Below, piece after piece: positions 1 to 12,844 of a stretch of DNA of 64,000 nucleotides. The stretch is taken from positions 5,117,576 through 5,181,575 of the forward strand of contig NC_068989.1 of the NCBI RefSeq assembly GCF_001194135.2. Reading direction: 5' to 3'. The notes beneath the pieces were generated by a model. It did no database searches, had not been told where the DNA came from, and saw nothing but the letters and a program-made list of their open reading frames with translations. Within the stretch, counting starts at the first letter, position 1. Every line of letters starts with the position of its first letter. The DNA comes from Octopus bimaculoides. Lineage: Eukaryota. The position numbers and the translations under genes are program-made.

Positions 1-1291
1 TCTGCTCAATACCACAGATTTGCTTGTCAGTTGTTTGACCTTAACCATTTGAGCATGTCCCTTGGTGGCTGACGATATGTGCATCTCTGATCATGAGCAG
101 AAGTAGTGGGGGAGCATCATAGCCATGTGTTGAAAGGAATTCTTTGGGGTTTGGATAATTCGCCTTTGGAAACATGAGTGTTTCGTTCAACATCCTCAAA
201 CAATCCTTATTTAGGGACCTTTTGAGCATATGGGCTACTTGACCCGAAGAAAATTCTAACTGGGTACCACCTGCAAGGTCATGTGCTGTTATAACCTATA
301 GGCCTACTCAAAATACAAGTGTATGTATATGCTTTATGAGATATGTAGACCGTAATCACTTAATTATGTGAAGAGAAGTCAGAGGTGCCAAAAGTAGAGG
401 AGTTTCGACTTCACAGCCCTGGGTCAAAATGCTTAGTGTTATTTCATCCGTCTTTAAGGTTTGAATTCAAGTCCTGCCAAGGTCAATTTTGCCTTTCATA
501 CTTTTGGGATTGATAAAATAAGGACCAGTTGAGCACAAGGGCCAGTGTACTTGATTTATTCCCACCCACAAATTTTCCATTGTCTTTTAAAGAATTTTGA
601 AAACTAAAATTTAGAGGGATTTAGTAAACCAAGTAACTTATTTTTTTGTTTGGTTGGAGTTTGAACACTCTAGTAAAAGGCTTCATAACTTAGCATTAAT
701 TATCTCTTATATAAATATTGATAGAAGCTTCTAATTGAGGCCCTTTACTCCTAAATACATGACCATCATCATTTTAACATTCATTCTTCCATTCTGACAT
801 GGAGTGAAGGGGGTGGGTTACAGTAAATTGATGTTTAGCTGGGTTGTGCATAAGTGTATCTGTGTGTATGTGTGAGCATGAATGTGCATAAATGTGTTTT
901 GTGTGTGTATGTGTATGTTGTTTAATCCTGATCCAGAAGGTGTTTGGTTAAAGGCTTTCCAGCTATGACCATCCATTCTAATTTTTAGACAGTCTACTGT
1001 AACTATGTTATCCAAATTGCTCTTCTTTTATGATGATATGATACGATATGAAGGTGGTTTACTTGTATTTCTAGCAAAATGAAGCAACCATGCAGAGTCC
1101 CCTCATTAACTCTGTGATGTGATTGTTTGTGTGTAAATATACTCTCTTCCATAGATCTAGATTAACTCCTTGTTTAAAACCCTACAACTGTTAGTTATAT
1201 CATAGATACACGCACACAAAGGTACAAGCACTCACATATACACAAACACATACAGGCAAGTGCACACACACACATCTTAAAAATTACTTAC

Positions 1292-1855
1292 TTTCGTGAT
1301 GGTCTGAGCTCTGTCCTGTTATTCTCCACTGGGTCAAGGAGCCTACAAGGAAACAGAAAGGCCAGCAACCGAGAATCAGCCAGCTGTACCAACAGGGAGG
1401 ATCAGAATCCTCCACTTTGATACACTCCCACACATAGTTCACGATCAGGAATTTTTCTATAAAATAGTCCAGGCAAATTGCCATCAAGGCGGCACCAAAG
1501 ACGCTTGTACCGACAATGGTGCCTGCCTTTTGGAACTTGAGAGTCAGCAGCGCAAATAAAATACCAACACCAATGAGAACGCCGATTGGTATCCATTTGT
1601 TGGCAATGTTATAGAACTGGTCCACAGTGACCAACACTCCGGTCGAGAGACCGACGCCAAAGTGGAATCCGGTCAGAAAAAGTCCAACATACTGGACCAA
1701 CATGGTAATTAGTCCGCAGATTATGCCGGCACCCACTGCAATGCCAATGTTTGCCTCTTTCGGCAATACTGTCTCTTCTATACAAACTATATATACAACC
1801 ACTGTGCCAAAGATGAAACCAGTTAAGAACATGACAGCCTTGAAGAATCGGTAAC
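1292..1855 (-). CDS. TMEM198: Transmembrane protein 198, main multi-TM exon (564 bp, phase 1-1)
   Basis: Acceptor TTTCAG| at 1856 after a pyrimidine tract; donor A|GTAAGT at 1291-1286. Translation (G)YRFFKAVMFLTGFIFG...CWYSWLILGCWP...QWRITGQSSDHHE matches TMEM198 (GYRCFKAVLFLTG, CWRSW, QWRVT, recalled). Splices in frame to the 4944-5148 exon. Confidence 0.96.
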
Positions 1856-2250
1856 CTGAAAGTAAAAGACAAAAAATATTTGTGGGTTTAAAGTATACAT
1901 GTAACATGGTTATACATACATAAATAATCAGCATCAATTAATGTTCAGTCTTCCATGCTTGCATGGGTCAGACAGAATTTGTTGAGGTAGATATTCTATG
2001 GTTGGGTGCCCTTCCTATCACCAACCCTCACCTGTTTCCAAGCAAGGAAATGTTTTTTCATAGCAACACATTTTCCATAGAGGACTGGAAATGGACATCC
2101 GTGATTGCATGAGGGCGATGCTTCTTTTTACAACCATCAACTGATGTCAAGACAAGGGCAGACACAATCTACCTACCTATGACAAGCTTTCTATTTCTAT
2201 CATTCAAGTCCTCTCACAAGGCTTTGAGGTTATAGCAGAAGGCACTTGGC

Positions 2251-2481
2251 CTCTTCTTATTTCTTTACTGCCCACAAGGGGCTGCACACAGAAAGGACAG
2301 ACAAACGGATTAAGTCGATTATATCGACCCCATTGCATAACTGGTACTTATTTAATCGACCCCGAAAGGATGAAAGGCAAAGTCGACCTCAGCGGAATTT
2401 GAACTCAGAACGTAGCGGCAGGCAAAATACCGCTAAGCGTTTTGCCTGGCGTGCTAATGTTTCTTCCAGCTCGCCGCCTTT
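2251..2481 (-). mobile_element. tRNA-derived SINE family B, nested in a family A element
   Basis: Minus strand GGCGGCGAGCTGGAAGAAACATTAGC...GAGTTCAAATTCCG (B-box)...GTCGACTTTGCCTTTCATCCTTTCGGGGTCG. Family A sequence CACTTG|...|AGGTGCC resumes on both sides. Confidence 0.85.
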
Positions 2482-3242
2482 CTAGGTGCCTCTTGGTGGG
2501 ACTGAACCTGGGACCACATGCTTGGGTAGTACACACTCATACCTGCACATATGGCGTGTGTGTGTGTGTGTGTGTGCATATGGAGAGAGAGACCTTGTTT
2601 ACTATAATTACTCACAAAAACACATGACGGCAACCAAAGACTAAACTAATCCTTAATTTAAAAGAAAAGGTTTTATCTCTAAAAGATAAGTCTAATAATG
2701 CAAAATATTATAATCCCAAGACTTCAGAGCTTAGAGACAAAAGACCAAACAAGGTAATGAAGAAAATAGGCAGGTGTACTTGAGTTTATTTCTATGAAGG
2801 TCTCAATTTGAAAGCTGTTAAGTTTCATGTTGAATAAGAATAAAAAGGGGTTGATTACTTAAACACAGATTTGTTAGAACAAAGCTATAAGAACATTATA
2901 TATAATTATGCGATGATATAATATGGTATGCTAAGAAGCAAGGAGAAGCGAGTTAGTAATGCGTTAAACTAGGTTAAATTCTGTACAGCATGGTAAAATT
3001 TAAGGTTAAGAAGGCCTGGAGCATTTTCAGGCTGTTCACCAATAACATCTATGTATTTCAAAACAATTACATGAGCCATTGAAGAAATGTTTATGAGGTC
3101 AGTAAACTTGCTAGAAATAGCAGCTAAATTTCCCTCGAATTACACCCAGCTGTTTAAAAAAAAAAAGGTTATATAAAATAATGATGCCTTAGATAAATTA
3201 CGATATTTGATGGTGTATAAAATGTCTCGAAAATTCACTCAG

Positions 3243-3530
3243 ACAAAGGGATTAAGTCGATTACATCGACCCCAGTGCGTAACTGCACTTAATTTATCGA
3301 TCCCGAAAGGATGAAAGGCAAAGTCGACCTTGGCAGAATTTGAATGTTGGGGAGGATTAAGTTGATTACATCGATCCCAGTGCATAACTGGTACTTATTT
3401 AATCAACCCCGAAAGGATGAAAGGCAAAGTCGACCTCGGCAGAATTTGAACTCAGAATGTAAAGATGGACGAAATACCACTAAGCATTTCACCCAGCGTG
3501 CTAACAATTCTGCTAATTCATCACCTTGAA
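3243..3530 (-). mobile_element. Two tandem family B SINEs
   Basis: GATTAAGTYGATTACATCGA...GGCAGAATTTGAA occurs twice (about 3250 and 3355). Confidence 0.8.
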
Positions 3531-3547
3531 AATAATAATAATAATAG

Positions 3548-3865
3548 CACCTTGGGCAGGTGTCTTCTGTCATAGCCCCAAACTGACGAAAGCTTTCTCA
3601 GTGGATTTGGTAGGGAGAAACTGAAAGAATACTCTCGTGTGTGTGTGTGTCCTCGTCTCAACACTGCGTGATTGTTGTAAAATGGTTGTCAACTGTTATT
3701 CAAAGCAGCATCATTCATTTGCAGTATTCTGGAAAAGCATGTCTGGCCATGGGAAAATATTACCTTGCTTGGAAACAATTTTCAGCCGTAGAAAATCTGT
3801 CTCAATAAATTCTCTCTGACCCATGTAAGCATGGACAAGTGGACATTAATGTGATAATGATGATG
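3548..3865 (+). mobile_element. SINE with family A body and an alternative RTE-like tail (type 2)
   Basis: Family A body, then ATATTACCTTGCTTGGAAAC...GCATGGACAAGTGGACATTAA(TGA)n. Related pieces at about 1938-2250(-), 3950-4255(-), 29575-29850(-), 30100-30345(+), 31290-31510(+), 32826-33222(+) and 49655-49945(+). Confidence 0.75.
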
Positions 3866-4389
3866 GTAGATTCAAGAGGAAATGAAACGAAAAGTCAACC
3901 CAAGAGCTATTTGAACTTGAAGAAACTCAATTTAAAATGGAAGTCCACAAGATGCCCCTCCCTGTCACCAGCCCTCACCTGTTTCCAAGCAAGGTAATAT
4001 TTCCCATAGAACAATGGGAATGAACACCTTCACTTGTATGACAATGATACTTGTTTACAACCACCATGTGATATCAAGACAAAGGTATACACACACACAC
4101 AGATGGTGGCTTTTTTCACTTTCATCAAGCAAATCTGCTCGCAAGGAAGTGATCGACCCAGGGCTATGGCAGAAGACACGAGCCCAAAGTGCCATGCAGT
4201 GGGACTGAACCCGGAACCATTTGGTTGGGAAGCAAGCTTCTCAACTGTACAGCCTCATCTTTACTTAAAATTGAGGAATAAAATCTGCAGGCAGAGTTTT
4301 GACTTACAGACAACGCCTTTGTGTTTGGGTGAGTCTGTATTATTGCTCCAGGAGATCTTCTGTAGAGCAAGTTCTATTGTATCCCCTTT

Positions 4390-4600
4390 TTGTAGGGGTT
4401 GATGGTGAAGAAGGATCAAGTGATCCAAGGGAGATGTAGAAAGCAGTGATGAAGGCTGATATCGAGATAAAAGGAGCTCAAGGAGAAGATGACAAAGGAT
4501 TGCAACGAATCTCAAAATCCTGTGGTGGAGGATATCTGCCGTACCCATGGGTAAACGGACATAAAATTATAGTGACGGTGGTAATGATGATGGAAGATAA
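4390..4600 (+). mobile_element. Short, highly decayed RTE LINE 3' remnant in the TMEM198 intron
   Basis: GATGAAGGCTGATATC...GATGACAAAGGATT resembles 51620-51660 and ends in an RTE-type tail (CCCATGGGTAAACGGACATAAA...GATGATG). Confidence 0.45.
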
Positions 4601-4943
4601 GTAAAATAGGGGTGGGGGTGCATGCACAAGGTATAAGAATGAATCAGCTAGGGAAATGGAAAGCAGTGAGAACGGAAGCTTAAGACCAAAAACTCAAACC
4701 AAAGCAGAATGCGTGTGAGAGAGGGCATAGGGGGGAAAGAGAGAGTAAGAGAGAGGGTGAGAGTGTAAGAGAAAGAGAGAGATAACAAAAGGGAATGAGA
4801 GAGAGAGAGAGAGAGAGACAACAAGAAAGAGACAGAGCAAAGGAAAGAGAAAGAGAGAACAAGAGAAAGAGAAAGAGAAACAAGAAGAAAAAAAGGATAG
4901 GCAAGTAAAAGGACACGATATAAGGGTCACCTAGTAAACTTAC

Positions 4944-5148
4944 CAAAGAATGTGTAGACAATTCCAAAGAGAAAACACATGGAACATATCACAGCTGGAA
5001 TGACTGTGTAGTCATAATCAATCTTGGCACAGCGTGCAGGCCTCCGACTCGGGCTCATGCTTATATTGTTTGGGAACACTGTGGTTCTAAACATTAATTG
5101 TGGAAGTGGGTGGTTTACGTGTGGTGGTGACAGCTCCGATGTCTCCAT
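4944..5148 (-). CDS. TMEM198: Transmembrane protein 198, first coding exon
   Basis: ATG at 5148 gives METSEL...DYTVIPAVICSMCFLFGIVYTFFG, matching the TMEM198 N-terminal helix (human ALVCIMCCLFGVVYCFFG, recalled). Donor G|GTAAGT at 4943-4938, phase 1. Confidence 0.92.
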
Positions 5149-5345
5149 AACTTCAACGGTTAAAACACATCGGAACTTTTTGGACAGATTTCTGTTATGT
5201 TTCTCTCTCTCTCACCCCTTTCTTTTCTTTTTGTGAGAAAAAGGGGTTCTTTTCTTTTTTGTTTTTTTTTCCTCCTTTTTAGTTTTACTCGATTACTGTT
5301 GCCATAATAAACCAATGAATGGATTGGTTGGTCAGGGTTTCAAAT
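5149..5345 (-). other. TMEM198: Predicted 5' UTR portion of the first coding exon of TMEM198
   Basis: Strong minus-strand acceptor TTTTTTTCTTCTTGTATATTTCCAG| with AG at 5347-5346, 197 nt upstream of the ATG. No transcript evidence. Confidence 0.55.
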
Positions 5346-5819
5346 CTGGAAATATACAAGAAGAAAAAAACAATTAATAACAAAAATTAATTATATGTAA
5401 AAAAAGAAAACATTAAGGTAGTGCTCGAGCATGACCACACTCAAGGCAGTGCCCCAGCATGGCCACAATCTAATGACTAAAACAAGTAAAAAAATAAAAG
5501 ACTGGTTCAAATGTAGAACAGAATCCTCATTATCTCTCATTAATGCTGTAATGAGACTTTTTTAATTGAGGTTTTAATTCAAATACGAACACTTAGTGAG
5601 TTGGTATAAAAAAGCTTAAAAGAAGAGTATTAGTACATTACATATATTTTACTCCATCAGAGATAAAAGACAAAATAGATTCTCTCTCTCTCTCTCATCA
5701 ATTAATTACCCAGAAAACAAAGCCTGAATTTTATATTGATTCCTTATATAGGACAGAGGAATAAGAGCTAAAAGAAATGGAATAAACAGGCATTTCAGAA
5801 AAAAAAAATTGTCTTTATA

Positions 5820-6180
5820 TAGGCATAGTGATGGCTGTGTGGTTAACAAGCTTGTTTTGTAACCATGTGGGTTTGGGTTCAGTCTCACAGCACAATACCT
5901 TGGGCAAGTGATTTTTATTATAGTAATGGTTCAACCAATGCCTTGTGGGTGAAGCCCATCATTTATATACATGTGTGTGTGTGTGTGTGCTTGACCCCAT
6001 GCTAGTTTGTTTATATCTCTGTAACTTAATGGTTCAGCAAAAAGGCACCAGTAGAATAAGTACCACACCTAAAAAATAAGTACTGAGGATGAACTATTTG
6101 ACTAAAAAAAACCCTTCAAGGTGGTGCTCCAGCATGACCATAGTCTAATAACTGAAAGAAGTAAAAAAAAAAAAAAAAAA
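5820..6180 (+). mobile_element. SINE family A, decayed
   Basis: Head GGCTGTGTGGTTAAC, body and tail CCAGCATGACCATAGTCTAATAACTGAAAG followed by poly-A. Confidence 0.75.
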
Positions 6181-7470
6181 AGCTTGGTGAATGCAGTTAG
6201 AATCAGTGCATCCCAACTTTATGTTACTCACAGACCTGGGCCTAAATTCTTGCTTCATATTGGACTCTACTAAAACGGTACCCGAGGACTGCGCGGTTGT
6301 GATTATCTGGGTTACCACTGTAGTGGGGATTCAAAACCTAGCCGCCTAGATACTTGGTCAGACGCCATCAGTGAACCACAGCAATTTCATGTGATCAGAC
6401 TATAAACTGACCAATCACCATGAAGCTGTGGAGTGATATAGTTTCCTTGAATGTTCTAAAGTTTGACTTCTTGTCTCCAATAAGAACCGTTTTTGACACT
6501 TTCCTAATTGCTGTGAGATGAAGGTGGCTGACTGACTCACACACCTATTCATGCCAGGCAGATGGCCAATGGACTGTTGATCGCTTCAGCAATTTGGGCA
6601 GACGACTTCATATATTTTGGACTGACCACCTGATGTCACACGGCTTTCTATATTTCCAGTGCAGTTTTCCTCTCCTCTCATTCAGCAATTATCAATGGTG
6701 TTCATCACAATTTGCTAACACCAAATATCTTTATAACCAGCACAAAATATTACAGTTTATTTCAACTATTATTCACGCAGCCAAAGGAATATGTCTTCGT
6801 TGACCAGCTGAACTCAAGCGTCAGCAAAACGCCTCGTGACACCACCCTAAAACATGTTCATCCATCAGATAGACCTCTGGAGTTTTGTGAATCTAATTTC
6901 TCTCGAGTTCGGGTTGAGCTGAGGCCTTGAGAGAAGACGCTAGCCTAGTGGCGTGTTGCACATTAAGATCTATCCAAGAATGGTGGTTGCAAAAGGAACG
7001 CCATAACCACACATCCAGGCAAGCGCTCATTTTAGCTAGGAACTCACTTGTTACTCTATAGTGATTAAAAAAGATGCTAGTGAATACAGAATGCCACACA
7101 CAAAGGTTGCGTTCCTAATATATCATTAAAAATCCATATCTTCCTTTACCAAATTTATTTTCCATTTTTTTCTCAAAATTAAATAAGTTATGTACACACA
7201 CACACACACACACATTCTCTTTCACATGCACACTCACAGATGTACGTATATTATTTGTATGCAAAGTATAATAGACATATATGTATAAACTTGTGTACAC
7301 ATGCATAATTAACATACACATTTCTTTTCCCTTTACATACGCAGACATACACATAAATGTATGGACAGCGTGTGCATGTACATAACAAAATATGTATATA
7401 TTAACGTGTGTACATAATAAACATACAAGCATATATGTATGATAAACAACTAGACTATATAAATATACAT

Positions 7471-7505
<35 letters not shown>

Positions 7506-10069
7506 GTGCATTACAAGTATATACACATGGAAGATTAATTTCTTTCTCAAATAGAAGCCACGAATATTTTTTTTATTTAGCATTTTCAATTTTATTTATT
7601 ATTGTTGTGATTCTAATTTCTTGTTTATTCAAAAAATCTTCCAAAGTAAAAGAATTCCCCCCCTTTTTTTTAATTTTCTTTTTTCGTTATTTCAGACAAG
7701 TAGATGAGATATAAGAAAGACTAAATAACAATAAAGGATTTCTATTATATCTCACATGTAAATAGTGTATGGATGGTGGGTAGGTGGAAAGGGGTGGAGG
7801 GCAGTCGACCAGGATCTGACTTTCAGTTAGGATCTAGAGGAACCCCACCCCCTCCTCCTTATTCAAATAAATCAGGCTCTGACACCGATTGGTTGAAATG
7901 TGTGTGTGTGCATGTAATTAGATATGTGCGTGTAAGGTATGTGTGTGTTGTACATTTATAATTTAAAGAACAAATGCGAAAAAACAAAGAAAGATATTAA
8001 ATAAAAGAAATAATGAGGACGTGAAGAATGAGAACTACGAAATGATGATGATGTTCTCTTCAAACCAAACTACTAAAAGGAACGACGGAAAGGCTGAAGA
8101 CTTAGACTTGTCATAACGATGTAGTTTCTTTTCTTGAATCTCTCTCTGTCTCTCTTTTAAATATTACAACATACACCTTTCTTACTTTTTGCCTTTTCCC
8201 TGCTTTTCTTTTCTTTGAATGAAGCTGATATTTAGGTCACGCACATTGTGTGTGTGTGTGTGTGTGTTTGCTTATACGGAATATGTGTGTTAGATATTAT
8301 CGTACTTATTTGAATATTTATACGTATTAATTAAATTCCATGCAACAATTTATTTGAGAGAGAGAGAGAGGAGGGAGAGAGAGGGGCTCATAGCAACAGA
8401 CAATCGAGCGTACGCGCACACGAGCAGACAGACAGGTAAATTCGCATAACACGAGCATTCACACACATATATAGGAGACAGATACATTTACACACACAAT
8501 CAGATACATATACACAGACAGACAATTAGACGCTTATATAGACAGACACTTCACACAGACAGGCACTGAATGACAGAAGGACCGACATTCTGCAGTTTAT
8601 TATTATTCAAAGTTAGTTACTAAGATCACTAGTTAGTTACTTTTGTATACGTAGTTCAGTTAGTCGGACCCTAGGTTCAAATAACCACAATACACCGACA
8701 ATATCTGTTTCGAGTCGGAACAAGTCAAATTATATTTATATATAATAGGCTTCTCTTACCGACAAAAATGTCGCAAAACTTGACTTAAAAATGACTTAAC
8801 ATATTATATCGGGTGGTGCTATTAAGTTAAACACGGCCTGGGCGAATCTTTGGCCGAAACTTACCCTATTTGATGGCAGACACAAGACACACGGGGTATA
8901 TTTGATGCACCTTGATTTCAAGAGAACAGGTTCAGTAAAAAAGTGAGCGCCAGTTACAAAATTAGCCTAAGGGAAATCAAACTTCGTATTGGAGACCCTG
9001 AGGGGCGTTTTGTAATTTTTGGGGAGTGGTGCATCTTCTTAGCCAGGACTCCAGCCACCGGGTCAGGCCGTGGATCATCTGGAACCGGGCAGCAGAGAAA
9101 GAATAAGTTTTAAAATTATATAGGCTGCGAGCTTGCAGGGTATTTTTGCATTGTTTATGTAATAATTTATATATTATGCATTTGTTGGCGTCGTTTCCCC
9201 AGTCCGTGGTGCAAAAGTAGTCGGGAACCATTGATAAGCTATTAAATACGGTAGTTAAATATAACCAGTTTATTATTTACAAAGTGATTAAAGTTAAAGT
9301 GTAAAGTTCAACTTGCAAAGAAGAGGGGAGAGAGAGAGAGAGGGGTAAGTAATAGAAATAGAAAAACAAAGACAGAGAGAGAGACTGGCAGACAGAGAAA
9401 GAGTGATAGTCAGACACAGGGTCTGAGGGGGAGAGAGAGAGGTGGGGTATAAAAAGCAATGAAATGAAAAAGCATGAAAGTTTTACATAAGCTTTCTTAC
9501 CTAAATTTTTCTATGAATTTTTGAAATGAAATTAAACCAATGGCAGAGACCCAAGAAAACGGTTACTGGTGGTTACCGTTGCCGGGCCCCACCCAATAAA
9601 GGAGACGGGTGAGTGAACCCTCCAGTGAGTAGCAGAGTTAGCAAGATCGGTTATTCAGTTACTATCAATCCAGCTAACGCAAATAATATACCACGAGAAA
9701 CATTATCACCGACATTGCTAACCAACAATATTATCGACATAGTATCAAGTACTCGCCCCTCCACCACCGTCCTTCCGTTAGGTAAGTTATAGCACCGACT
9801 GTGCAACTGTAGCTAGTTTCTAATGCCAAACATTTTAAAAGACAGTATTAAATATCTGTGTGTGAAATCTCTGTCCCTGAACACACTTCAGCAAAAATAT
9901 TGGGATTTAGAAACTGGTAAGAGAGTACGGCGACTACACGAGTTTCTCTCTTTCTCTATAAATCCCTCCGGGTTTTTATCGTCTGTAAAAACCTACAGAC
10001 GACTAGAAACTGACTGGAGACAAAGAGAACAGTTACCTTCGAAAGTGTATGCATTATATAATATATCAT

Positions 10070-10319
10070 CGATTTGTTTCAGTCATTGGCATGCGGCCAT
10101 GCTGGGGCACTTCCTTGAAGGGTCTAATCGAATGAATCGACTCCAGTTTTTTTTTTTTTGAAGAGTAATACTTACTCTATAGTTCTTTTGCCCAACCGTT
10201 ACATTACGGGGGCGTAGACAAACCAACAACGATTGTCAAGTGGTGGTGAACACACACACACACACATACGCCGTGGGTTTCCTTCATTTTCCACCTACCA
10301 AATCCACTCACAAGACTTT
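10070..10319 (-). mobile_element. SINE family A, 3' half running into a gap
   Basis: Reverse-complement tail GTTTCAGTCATTGGCATGCGGCCATGCTGGGGCAC and body up to AATCCACTCACAAG. Confidence 0.75.
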
Positions 10320-10736
10320 NNNNNNNNNNNNNNNNNNNNNNNNNNNNNNNNNNNNNNNNNNNNNNNNNNNNNNNNNNNNNNNNNNNNNNNNNNNNNNNNN
10401 NNNNNNNNNNNNNNNNNNNNNNNNNNNNNNNNNNNNNNNNNNNNNNNNNNNNNNNNNNNNNNNNNNNNNNNNNNNNNNNNNNNNNNNNNNNNNNNNNNNN
10501 NNNNNNNNNNNNNNNNNNNNNNNNNNNNNNNNNNNNNNNNNNNNNNNNNNNNNNNNNNNNNNNNNNNNNNNNNNNNNNNNNNNNNNNNNNNNNNNNNNNN
10601 NNNNNNNNNNNNNNNNNNNNNNNNNNNNNNNNNNNNNNNNNNNNNNNNNNNNNNNNNNNNNNNNNNNNNNNNNNNNNNNNNNNNNNNNNNNNNNNNNNNN
10701 NNNNNNNNNNNNNNNNNNNNNNNNNNNNNNNNNNNN

Positions 10737-10776
<40 letters not shown>

Positions 10777-11599
10777 GTGTCTAATTCGCACATACATCCC
10801 TACATGCTTCGCTGTGAAAGTCCACTAAGAAATTCCTGTTCCCTTCACAGTATGTTTCTAATCATATGTTAAAAGCTCACTACATAAAATGTTAACACTA
10901 CCTTAGCTATTGCTTTACACGAGGATGGCGGGACTGAGTAATTTAATTCCAGTGATTTTATGTGGGTGTGCGGGTATGTATGTAAATAAACATGCACACA
11001 CGTGCCGGCGGTCGGTAGGAAAAGTAATGGTGATCCATCCAGTCTTGTGGGAAATTGCAGGAGATGGAGGCCCGAATTTTTGTCACAGAATAAGCAACAC
11101 TCAAGGCACCCAAGGACCGAGTGAGTGGTGATATTGAAGAAACTATTTTGCAGGAGTGTAAATTCTACTCAACCAAAACTGCAATGATAAAAATTATATT
11201 TAAAAAAAAAGAGAAAGAAATCAAAACCTGTGAGAAAAAAAAAAAACATAAGAAAGACTCCATTCCCCCTCACTGCACACTTCACGGTTGACTGGTTACC
11301 ATTTAGACCATTCAAATCACACTTCATTACACACAGACACATTTTTCTTGCAGATGTTCAGGCTGGGCTTCAGTCACTCTAAAAGCCATGACTCTAAGAA
11401 GATCATTGCCTTTCATTCAAAACGTTACACACACACACACAAGTTGTGTAGAACTAACCATGCGCGCGTGTGTGTATGTGTGCAAATACACGTAAGACTG
11501 CCAGGAGGTGCGAGAGGAGAGGCACAAGCCTAAATTAAAACCTAGCCTCCTCTCCAGCTAAATATTCACAAGTCCCATATAACAGAAGCTGTGCATCAA

Positions 11600-11985
11600 G
11601 GATTGGGAGGGCTGTGTGGTAACAAGCTTGCTTCCCAACTACATGGTTCCGGGTTCAGTCCCACTGCGTGGCACCTTGGGCAAGTGTCTTCTACTATTGC
11701 CTTGGGTCGACCAAAGCCGTGTGAGTGGATTTGGTAGACGAAAACTGAAAGAAGCCCGTAGTATGTATGTATGTATGTGTCTGTCCTCCCGCCACCGCTT
11801 GACAACCGATGTTGGTATGTTTACGTCCCCGTAACATGGCGGTTCGGCTAAAATAACCGATAGAATAAGTACTAGGCATACTAAGAATAAGTCCTGGGGG
11901 CCGATTTTGTTCGACTAAAACCCTTTAAGGCTGTGCCCCAACATGGCCGCAGTCTAATGACAGACAAGTAAAGGATAAAAGATAA
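11600..11985 (+). mobile_element. SINE family A, near full length
   Basis: Colinear with 37577-37940; many CpGs retained. Confidence 0.85.
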
Positions 11986-12844
11986 ACCGTAATAGGAAGG
12001 TTTTTGTACCTTGTGTGGGTCATTTGGTCAATAAGATACACACATGCTGGTTCTATTTAATTCGTTATTATTACTAATTGACCAATTAAACAATTAACTA
12101 ATCAATTGATCAATCGTTCGGTCAACCAATAAATTGATCGAATGATTGGTTGATCAAACAAAACAATCAAGTTTGATTAATCAATCAAATGATTAACTAG
12201 ATAACGAGTTAACTATAATTCTTTCTAAATTTTGGCAGAAGGCCGGCAATTTTGAGAAGTGGGTTGTGGATTACACTGACCCCAGTACTCGACTGGGGTG
12301 AAAAGCCAAGTCAACCTCGGTGTGTAAAGCTTGAAATGCCGCTTTGCATTTTGTGTCCGTTTTAACCAGTTAATAATAAAACGAGTGCGTGAGATAATTT
12401 TGTTGAGAGAGAGAGAGAGAGTGTATGTGTGTGTGTTTGAATCTGCGAACAGATGTAAAAAATATTTGATATGCAATGTAGCAGAGCATATTCAGAATGG
12501 CGGGGATGGAAGCTGAGCTTTGAATAAACAAATGAATACACATCACCCTCCTCGTCATTATCATCAATTGATGCTTGTTTTCCCCTGCTGGTAAGAGTCG
12601 TATGGGGTCCCTCTTGTTGCGACATAGCAAAGAAGAAAAGAAAACTAGGAATCTGTTGTTATTGCATATGTCATTTTTGTTTAGTTTCGTACTTTTTAAA
12701 ATTTTTCTTCGACTGGATGTCCGTTTTACAGAATGCACTGGGTACATTTTATCACACATATGCTCTGACTAAAAAGATACTTAGAAACCAAAATCTGCGA
12801 ATTGAATGCAAAAACGTATATTTAACTATCCAGCAACCCCAGTA

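Noticed and set aside
1856-1937. N-terminal 27 aa of ORF 1284-1937 (MMLIIYVC...)
   Set aside because: Intronic read-through upstream of the acceptor at 1856; the true upstream sequence is the 4944-5148 exon.
8806-9002. Possible Tc1/mariner MITE (TATCGGGTGGTG... / ...GAGACCCTGA)
   Set aside because: The ends are only loosely complementary and there is no TA duplication on the right.
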